Assembly (NCBI GenBank): GCA_047516705.1
Contig: JAKZUG010000097.1
Span: 1-38,010 of the forward strand
Source of the DNA: Candidatus Poribacteria bacterium
GTDB taxonomy: Bacteria > Poribacteria > WGA-4E > WGA-3G
DNA length: 38,010 nucleotides
Direction of reading: 5' to 3'
A model generated the notes under the pieces. The model was not told the DNA's origin. It made no database searches and worked only from the letters and a program-made list of their open reading frames with translations. Made by a program: the position numbers and the translations under genes. Shown in pieces: positions 1 through 6,741 of the stretch (position 1 is the stretch's first letter; the number at the start of each line of letters is the position of its first letter).

Positions 1-2832
1 ACCTTGATTGATGCCTATAAAAATCAGGGGAAACTTGAAGAGTTGGAGACTATTTTTAAGAACAAACTCGAAAAGGATCCAAATAATCCAGCTGTTCTTG
101 AAATGGTTGCTGAAATTTATCGGAATGCGCGCAACTATGAAAAGGCGGCAGAAGTATATCAGGCACTCTGCAAAGCGCAGCCCGGCAATACCCGTAGTTT
201 TTTCTATGCTGCTGCTGCCCTACAGAAGAACAACCAACCAGATCTCGCAAAAGAGTTGATCAGTCAAGGTGAGACCGCGGTTTCAACCAACCCTCGCGCA
301 CAATTCGACATCTTTCTTTATCTGACACTCGCGTCCATCTGTGCTGAAGGTGAACTGTACGACTCGGCGATCAAATTCGCTGAAGAGACAATCGCTATGA
401 GCGCACGGTTGGGCGGGGGACTTTCGTCGCTCATGGAATATGTATACGAGATCCTTGGGAAGAGCTACCTCGGTGCAAAACGGTACCAGGAAGCCGTTGA
501 TGCGTATAAACAGATGGCAAATGTTGCCAGATTTGACCAACGGAGAGAAACAGCAGAGAACGCGATACGCCAAGCTTACATAGAGGGGAACCTCTATGAA
601 AAGCAGATTCCCGAGCAGCTACAGAAAATTCAGGAAAATCCTGATGACCTGGATGCCCGCTTCGCGCTTGCTGAAAACTACGAATTAAGCGACCAGGTCG
701 ACGAAGCAATCGCACAATACCAGAAAATCAGCGAACTGCAGCCTGATGACGCGCAGTGGCAGAAAAAAATTGGCGATCTCTACCAAAAACAACGTCAGAC
801 AGACGAAGTGGTTGAGGATACAGCACTGAACTTGCCTGGAGACCGGAGTTTCGTGGAAATTACGGATAGTGCTGCACTGAACAATATCAATCAACAGGTG
901 ACCGTGACCGCATGGATCAAACCGACCGATTTTCCGAACAGGTATACGCCTATCCTTTACAAGGGCGACAAGCGGACACCCGAAATCAGCAACCGAAGCT
1001 ACGCACTCTGGCTACGAAACGATGGTAGAATTCAGTTCGCTTCATCACCAAGTGGTGAACCAGAAAAGTTCGCCTTTTCACCTACCGGATCAATTACACT
1101 CAACAAATGGCACCACGTCGCCGGTGTCGTTGATGCCCCAAGAAATGTCATTAAACTGTTTATTGATGGTGCCGAAGTTGGGAGCAATGATTTTAGAGGG
1201 AATCCAAACATTTATGAAAGCCATCTGCCAGTCCGAATCGGTGGTTCACATGAAGAAGAGCGGACATCACACGCCTCATTTGTGGGGCAAATTGATAGAG
1301 TTTCTGTCTGGAATGTCGCTTTGACTGAGGCAGAGATTCGTGCCAACATGAATGCTCAGTTGAAAGGGAACGAACCCGGCTTAGTCGCCTACTGGAAATT
1401 CGATGAAGAAACGGAGGGGCACATCCCTGATGTGTCACCTAACAAGAGTAGTGGTAAACTGGTCGCGGATGCTAAATTGGAATCTTACACCCGTCCAGTT
1501 GAAACTATTGCAGGGGCAGAACGGTTAGCACAGGCAGGGGCAGCCTATGAAAAAGCAATTCAGCGTGAACCGAATTCGTACGAATTGTATGACCTGTTGG
1601 CACAAACCCACATAAAAGCAGATCGGTTGGTAGAGGCTGAAGCGGTGTATCATCGCGCTTTGGATGCTTCCCTTGAAAGTAGCGAACATGATGCCGCGAT
1701 CCGCGGTATCTGGAAACTTTACACTGACAAAGATGAGAAAAATGAGGGGATTGCCGTCCTTGAAGCCTTACGACCGCAAATGGAGACAAGTCCTGTTTTA
1801 CTTGAATTGTTAGGTGATGCTTACAAAGAGATAGGTAGTGTCGAGAAAGCAGATGCAGTATATACCGAGTGGTTAGCGATTCGACAAAAAGAGGCGAACA
1901 GGCGACAAAGTCCCGCTGGCTATCTCAGCCTTGCAAGACAGATTCTTAGCAAAGGTATCATGCCGGAAAAAGGGTTGGAATACGCTGAACGCGCATCACG
2001 GATGGGGTCGGGGTCAAGTTATACCACAACGTTGGCGCAGGCGTATCTCGCGAACGAACGATATGATGAGGCCTTGCAAGCGTTAAAACGCGGTCTAAAT
2101 ACCGCAACATCAGGAAGTTTTGAACGCCAGTTGTTCTCCCAAGTTACGCAAGCCGGCAAAAATGCAAAGGACAAAGAGCGTTTTGCTGAGATGTTGAACA
2201 CATTGATTGACGCTATGCCCGACAATCCGAGCGCTTATCTAAATCTCAACTTAGTGCTGGCTGAATTCTACCGTGAGAACGAAATGCCCGAAAAGGCAAA
2301 AGCGTATATTCAAAAAACTGGATTTATCACTGAAGACAGATGGTTGACGCTCGGCCCATTTGACAATACTAATGGGATCGGCTATGATACCGCTTACATT
2401 CCAGAAGACGCAACGCAGATCGACACAACTACAAAATACGATGGCGTGGACGGACAGGTGAGTTGGCAAAAAAGCACCGATGGGACCCTGAACGGCTATA
2501 TTGACCTCGGCGAGAACGTTGACTGGCGTGTTGCCTATGCGTTTGCAACTGTTACCTCACCTGATGAACGAGAGGCACAAATCCGTTTTGACAGCGACGA
2601 CCAAGGGAAAGTATTTCTAAACGGCAAAGAAGTTGTCACAAACACAGGGGCACATAGCGCAGTAATGGACCGCTATACTGTTCCTGTAACGCTCAAACCC
2701 GGCAAAAATAGTATCCTCGTCAAGGTCTGTAATGAAAAAAAACAGTGGGAATTCTATCTGCGGATTACCGATCCGGATGGAAAACCGTTTACAGATCTAA
2801 AAATAGGCAATTCAGATCCTGAGCTCCATTAG
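1..2832 (+). CDS. TPR-repeat protein with a central LamG (Laminin_G_3-like) domain and a C-terminal beta-sandwich domain. The 5' end is cut by the window edge.
   Basis: The frame is open from nt 1, and the TTG at 4 is only the track's start. TPR-like helical repeats flank a LamG signature (VTVTAWIKP...WHHVAGV...LFIDG...GQIDRVSVWNVALTEAEI). The C-terminus (GKVFLNGKEV...LKPGKNSILVKV...WEFYLRITDPDGKP) looks like a galactose-binding/PA14-like sandwich. Confidence 0.8.
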   Translation, partial: TLIDAYKNQGKLEELETIFKNKLEKDPNNPAVLEMVAEIYRNARNYEKAAEVYQALCKAQPGNTRSFFYAAAALQKNNQPDLAKELISQGETAVSTNPRAQFDIFLYLTLASICAEGELYDSAIKFAEETIAMSARLGGGLSSLMEYVYEILGKSYLGAKRYQEAVDAYKQMANVARFDQRRETAENAIRQAYIEGNLYEKQIPEQLQKIQENPDDLDARFALAENYELSDQVDEAIAQYQKISELQPDDAQWQKKIGDLYQKQRQTDEVVEDTALNLPGDRSFVEITDSAALNNINQQVTVTAWIKPTDFPNRYTPILYKGDKRTPEISNRSYALWLRNDGRIQFASSPSGEPEKFAFSPTGSITLNKWHHVAGVVDAPRNVIKLFIDGAEVGSNDFRGNPNIYESHLPVRIGGSHEEERTSHASFVGQIDRVSVWNVALTEAEIRANMNAQLKGNEPGLVAYWKFDEETEGHIPDVSPNKSSGKLVADAKLESYTRPVETIAGAERLAQAGAAYEKAIQREPNSYELYDLLAQTHIKADRLVEAEAVYHRALDASLESSEHDAAIRGIWKLYTDKDEKNEGIAVLEALRPQMETSPVLLELLGDAYKEIGSVEKADAVYTEWLAIRQKEANRRQSPAGYLSLARQILSKGIMPEKGLEYAERASRMGSGSSYTTTLAQAYLANERYDEALQALKRGLNTATSGSFERQLFSQVTQAGKNAKDKERFAEMLNTLIDAMPDNPSAYLNLNLVLAEFYRENEMPEKAKAYIQKTGFITEDRWLTLGPFDNTNGIGYDTAYIPEDATQIDTTTKYDGVDGQVSWQKSTDGTLNGYIDLGENVDWRVAYAFATVTSPDEREAQIRFDSDDQGKVFLNGKEVVTNTGAHSAVMDRYTVPVTLKPGKNSILVKVCNEKKQWEFYLRITDPDGKPFTDLKIGNSDPELH

Positions 2833-2842
2833 GGATAGGTTC

Positions 2843-3203
2843 CACCCCAGGCCCGGTAGGTTCGGTTTCATGAAGTTTAAGTATTTAAATCGGTAATCCC
2901 CAGGCCCGGTAGGCGCGGTTTGCAACCGCGCCGGGCATACACCAAGAACGCCACAGTTATCCCAATGAAATTACCAAATTATTTTTTGAATCTTCATCTA
3001 ACCGAACCGGGCTTGCCCAGGAAGGGTAGATTCGGTTTCTAACCGGGGTCCCGCCTTTTACGGGGAAGGGGCATACCTCCGTGCTGTCATTTCTTGTTCC
3101 TTAGTCCCGTAGGGTTTATTTGCTTGGGTATTTCTTCAGTATGTTTATAGAAAAGGATTGCCTTCCCTTCTTTAGCCCCGTAGGGGCGGCATGTTTATAG
3201 AAG
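2843..3203. repeat. Composite intergenic REP array. It contains a split REP (arms 2859-2867 ggttcggtt and 3000-3008 aaccgaacc) with a complete short REP (2898-2935) in its loop, a degenerate REP (3015-3046), and modules 3106-3152 and 3174-3203.
   Basis: Read directly: ccccaggcccGGTAGGcgcggtt-tgc-aaccgcgccggg; cccGTAGGgtttatttgcttgggtatttcttcagtatgtttatagaa; agccccGTAGGggcggcatgtttatagaag. The same modules recur at 4485-4837, 21446-21684 and 29519-29763. Confidence 0.85.
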
Positions 3204-3938
3204 ATGAATAGCAAGAAAAGAATCCCAAAAATTAATGACGATTCGCCGCTGAATCCTACAAACTGGATCGCAAGCGTATCTTCGGAACATTTCATCTATA
3301 AAACAGAAGTAAACCGTCCATGGAACCCGGAAACGGTGCTTGAATTATTAGAACAGGCACATAAAGAGTTTGTAAGGCTTATGGGAGCGGGATTAAGTAT
3401 TGTGATTGAAGTCGAAGATCGAATCTGTGAACCTAATAACTTAGGCGCGCGAGCCGAGATAGACAAACAGATACATTCCCCTCAAGATTTCACCATAGAA
3501 GTCAAATTTATCTGTGAGTTTCCACAGCACTATGGTTATACAGAGCAAGAACGGGATCTCGCATACCATTTTTTTGTGCATGAGCTATTTCATTGCTGGA
3601 TTGGTGGGAAGGTATCGCCTCGTTATGATCCGGTTGTTGAAGCAATTACCCAGTATATGACAGATTGGGTGCTCGTCCATTTGGGATGGTGCAGCGAAGA
3701 TCTGCTCATTCGCGGGCGGGTCAGCAGCCAACAAATCATAGACAACGCAACCCCACCACACACCACCATCGCTAAATACAAACGCCTGTTTCACCAAATG
3801 CACACCGACGATCCAGAGCACCTACTCGCTTTCTGTAGAGATTTAGCAGACTGTTTCCGCCAGCAGCGAACCCGCGCAGAAACAGATGTATCTCCTGTTT
3901 TACAGCGATACTTGGGAACAGCGTTGGAAGAAGATTAG
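3204..3938 (+). CDS. Hypothetical protein with an HExxH zinc-metallopeptidase motif (gluzincin-like HELFHCW...E)
   Basis: 244-aa ORF. It has FFVHELFHCWIGGK followed by a Glu 16 residues after the second His. I recognise no other family signature, and the start codon directly abuts a repeat module. Confidence 0.55.
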   Translation: MNSKKRIPKINDDSPLNPTNWIASVSSEHFIYKTEVNRPWNPETVLELLEQAHKEFVRLMGAGLSIVIEVEDRICEPNNLGARAEIDKQIHSPQDFTIEVKFICEFPQHYGYTEQERDLAYHFFVHELFHCWIGGKVSPRYDPVVEAITQYMTDWVLVHLGWCSEDLLIRGRVSSQQIIDNATPPHTTIAKYKRLFHQMHTDDPEHLLAFCRDLADCFRQQRTRAETDVSPVLQRYLGTALEED

Positions 3939-3950
3939 AAAAACATTAAT

Positions 3951-4074
3951 AGGACTTACGCAGCAAGCATCTGTTCGCCGAGGTCCCCGTGCCTCGGCGA
4001 ACTATCTTCTCACGGTTTTGCTTGCAGAATCCAAAGCGGACGCTTTCTTCCCAAATGGCGTTTGCGTAAGTCCT
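3951..4074. mobile_element. MITE-like element with 12-bp perfect terminal inverted repeats (aggacttacgca / tgcgtaagtcct) and an internal 11-bp-stem hairpin (3973-4002)
   Basis: The TIRs were read directly. The inner hairpin is gttcgccgagg-tccccgtg-cctcggcgaac. A shorter relative with the same TIR lies at 16709-16773. Confidence 0.6.
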
Positions 4075-4119
4075 AATTGATACGGTTACAATCCAACTTA
4101 CGTCTGAAGGAGGTTTGGC

Positions 4120-4467
4120 ATGCTTTATATTCTTTACGGTCTAAACCTTGCCGCACACTTGACTCTTGTAGGGCTGCTGATATTTTTATGTTTCCGGACG
4201 AAATCAAAAGGTTTGATACTCATTAGTGCCGTACTTCTTATGAGTGAGATCTCTGGTTTGATTTTTCAACAAGTTGTTAAGTCAGATTGGTGGCGATGGA
4301 AGCCGGGTAAAATGATGAACGAAGGAATACTGAATATGAGTGCCTTGGATCTCTTATTGACAGTTGCCATGGTACACCCCTTAGTGTACAGATGTTTATG
4401 TTTACTCGGTGTTTTTCTAATCTATAAAGAGTGGCGACAGGGAAAGTTCCGCTATCCTCCAACCTGA
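4120..4467 (+). CDS. Small integral membrane protein (3-4 predicted TM helices), function unknown
   Basis: 115-aa ORF with an aggagg SD about 9 nt upstream of the ATG. Hydrophobic segments include LNLAAHLTLVGLLIFLCF, LILISAVLLMSEISGLIF and LLLTVAMVHPLVY...LLGVFLIY. Confidence 0.6.
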   Translation: MLYILYGLNLAAHLTLVGLLIFLCFRTKSKGLILISAVLLMSEISGLIFQQVVKSDWWRWKPGKMMNEGILNMSALDLLLTVAMVHPLVYRCLCLLGVFLIYKEWRQGKFRYPPT

Positions 4468-4484
4468 ACATTTGGTCAGATTTT

Positions 4485-4837
4485 CCACCCCAGGCCCGGT
4501 AGGCGCGGTTTGTAACCGCGCCGGGTTTTAGACCCATACCTTGCTTACCCATAAATGTCAATTTAGCGGTCCCCCAAGCCCGGTAGGTTCGGTTTTGCGG
4601 CGTACTCGCCCAAATTTGGTTTCCCACACGCGGAAACCCAATTTTGCTTCGCAGTGAGAATGCTTTACATTTGCGATCTGCATTCCTAACCGAACCGGGT
4701 CTTAGACACAAACTGTGTATCCCCCAAAAACCCTCTTGAATCCCAGAGGGTTATTTGCTTGGGTATTTCTTCAGCATGTTTATAGAAGTGCATTTTCACG
4801 CTCTTTTTAGCCCCGTACCGACGATATGTTTATAGAG
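4485..4837. repeat. Composite REP array. It contains a short REP (4485-4525), a long-loop REP (4571-4699; arms 4586-4594 and 4688-4696, with a further hairpin insertion at about 4617-4673 in the loop), and modules 4742-4788 and 4808-4837.
   Basis: Module order and sequence match 2843-3203, 21446-21684 and 29519-29763. GTAGG precedes each stem. Confidence 0.85.
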
Positions 4838-4844
4838 ATTCTCG

Positions 4845-4874
4845 TTGACATTCTCGTATTGAATATGCTACCAT
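4845..4874 (+). promoter_or_regulatory. Possible sigma70-type promoter for the ATPase/PIN pair (TTGACA-N18-TACCAT)
   Basis: TTGACA at 4845-4850 and TACCAT at 4869-4874, 75 nt upstream of the ATG at 4950. This is a motif match only. Confidence 0.3.
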
Positions 4875-4949
4875 AACCAATGGAATTACTGAGGACGTGC
4901 CAATCACAATATCTCAGAACTTAGCGATCACGATTCTGGAGATAACAAC

Positions 4950-6269
4950 ATGAGCATTACCCAATTCACAATAGAGGAAGTCCGCTGTTTCCGCGAACGT
5001 CAGACGCTTGAAATCCGTCCCCTGACTTTTTTGGTCGGAGAAAACAGCACCGGTAAAACCACAGCATTGGCGTGTTTTCATGTATTAGCGGATTATTTGC
5101 ACGGTAAGGGAGTGGATTTTAATTTCCATCCCTATTCCATGGGAACCTTTAGGGATATTGTCAGAAATAGCAAGAAAGAAGAGAAAAATTTTAAACTCGG
5201 GTTTACTTATAAACACAATAATGAAGATATTCAGACAACGGTTGAGTTTGTTGAGAAGGGCGAAGGAATAGAACCTACTGTTAATTCGGTAGCGATAAAA
5301 CTTGCTGATGGTGAAATTGTTATTCAGGTTGAAGATACAACAAAGAAGGAACCGCGTTTAGATTCGTTTGACAAGAAACAGAATCAATATAAAATAATTT
5401 GTGGTGTTGATATATTGAATGAACCTCGCTTCTCTCTTTTTCTCCATCCCTATTTTTTTAGGAATGAATCTCAGGGCGAAACCTGCTTCTTGAGATATTT
5501 AGATAGAACAAGTGAAAAATTTGAAGAAAGCATCTATCGACCGTGGGATGTCTTTAAAACCTTGTCAGTGTTTAGTACATCACCAGTTCGCTCACGTCCT
5601 AAACGAACTTATGATCCGACAAGGGAGTTTGATGATCCAGAAGGCAGTGATGTACCTATGTATTTAATGCGGATTGAAGCGACTAAGAAAAAGAGTTGGG
5701 AGGAATTGAAAACACAATTAGTCGAGTTTGGCAGGAATTCTGGGCTATTCGAGAACATAGACGTAAAAAACCTCGGACGCTCCTTGGGGGCTCCATTCCA
5801 ACTACAGGTCAAGGTGCGCGGTCCTAAAGCAAATATCATTGATGTTGGTTACGGGGTCAGTCAAATTTTGCCAATTTTGGTGCAGATTTTAAATCCCAGT
5901 ATTTCTAAGCGTGCTCGGGATAATCCTATGCAGTCAATTTTTTCTTTATTACAACAACCTGAAATTCACTTGCACCCAAGAGCACAGGCGGAATTCTCTT
6001 CTTTGTTGGTGAAATTGGCTAACAAGGGTGATCAGTCATTCATCATTGAGACGCACAGCGACTATATGATTGACCGAGCACGGATTGAGATTAGGAAGGG
6101 AAACATTCGTCCCGAGGATGTGTCCCTAATCTATTTTGAACCAAAAGGAAATATTGTCAAGGTGCATAATATCACTTTTGATAAGATGGCTAACATGGTT
6201 GGAGTTCCATCACATTATGAAAAATTTTTCCTGAAAGAAACTAACCGGCTCATGGGGTTTGAGAATTAA
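4950..6269 (+). CDS. ABC/AAA_21-AAA_15-type (DUF3696/COG4938-like) ATPase
   Basis: Walker A is GENSTGKT. A signature-like VGYGVSQILPIL is present. The Walker B/D-loop-like motif is LLQQPEIHLHPRAQ and the H-loop is ETHSDYMIDR. The N-terminus (FTIEEVRCFRERQTLEIRPLTFLVGEN) is typical of SMC/OLD-like defence ATPases. No Toprim or HNH domain is visible. Confidence 0.8.
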   Translation: MSITQFTIEEVRCFRERQTLEIRPLTFLVGENSTGKTTALACFHVLADYLHGKGVDFNFHPYSMGTFRDIVRNSKKEEKNFKLGFTYKHNNEDIQTTVEFVEKGEGIEPTVNSVAIKLADGEIVIQVEDTTKKEPRLDSFDKKQNQYKIICGVDILNEPRFSLFLHPYFFRNESQGETCFLRYLDRTSEKFEESIYRPWDVFKTLSVFSTSPVRSRPKRTYDPTREFDDPEGSDVPMYLMRIEATKKKSWEELKTQLVEFGRNSGLFENIDVKNLGRSLGAPFQLQVKVRGPKANIIDVGYGVSQILPILVQILNPSISKRARDNPMQSIFSLLQQPEIHLHPRAQAEFSSLLVKLANKGDQSFIIETHSDYMIDRARIEIRKGNIRPEDVSLIYFEPKGNIVKVHNITFDKMANMVGVPSHYEKFFLKETNRLMGFEN

Positions 6270-6270
6270 T

Positions 6271-6690
6271 ATGTGTGTTATTTTGGATGCTAACTGCATT
6301 GGCGACTTTAATGACTCAGCCAATGAGGATATGAAACCTGTACGACAGTGGTTGGAGAGGAAAAATAGTAAAATCGTTTACTCTGACACCGAGAAATTTA
6401 GAAGAGAATGGGATGAAGGTGGTGGCTACCGGTTGAGGAGAGAATTGCAAAGAAGAAATAAACTCAAATTGGTGTCAGTTCAGGACGTAGAAGAAAGAGA
6501 GAATGAACTCAGTGGGAGAGTAGTATCGGATGACGAACATATTATTGCATTAGCCCTCACTGCCCAGGCGAAAGTTTTGGTATCCAGCGACAGAAGACTA
6601 ATCAGAGATTTTAAAGATCATGTGACACAAGGAAGAGTTTATCAAACGAAAGGGCATAAACGTTTATTGAAAAATGATCTTTGCCCTTAA
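6271..6690 (+). CDS. PIN-like domain protein (putative nuclease), translationally coupled to the upstream ATPase
   Basis: The ATG at 6271 lies 1 nt after the ATPase TAA (6267-6269); an alternative TTG at 6259 overlaps the ATPase. The N-terminal strand is CVILDANCIGDF. The C-terminal signature is SDDEHIIALALTAQAKVLVSSDRRLIRDF, matching the D..IAA.A......L.T.D..F pattern of VapC/PIN proteins. Confidence 0.65.
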   Translation: MCVILDANCIGDFNDSANEDMKPVRQWLERKNSKIVYSDTEKFRREWDEGGGYRLRRELQRRNKLKLVSVQDVEERENELSGRVVSDDEHIIALALTAQAKVLVSSDRRLIRDFKDHVTQGRVYQTKGHKRLLKNDLCP

Positions 6691-6692
6691 AG

Positions 6693-6728
6693 TGTAGGCA
6701 GCGCGATCCCCGGAGACATCGCACTACC
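6693..6728. repeat. REP-like GTAGG-prefixed imperfect palindrome between convergent genes, a possible bidirectional terminator
   Basis: The sequence is tGTAGGcagcGCGATccccggagacATCGCactacc. It lies between the stop at 6690 (+) and the stop at 6742 (-). Confidence 0.6.
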
Positions 6729-6741
6729 GCATAATTTACCT

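Noticed and set aside
4277-4711. A 144-aa minus-strand ORF spanning the 4120-4467 gene's 3' end and the repeat array
   Set aside because: Its sequence is the translation of REP copies (AYRAWG appears twice, once per REP). It overlaps a better-supported + strand gene and has no SD, so it is a spurious ORF.
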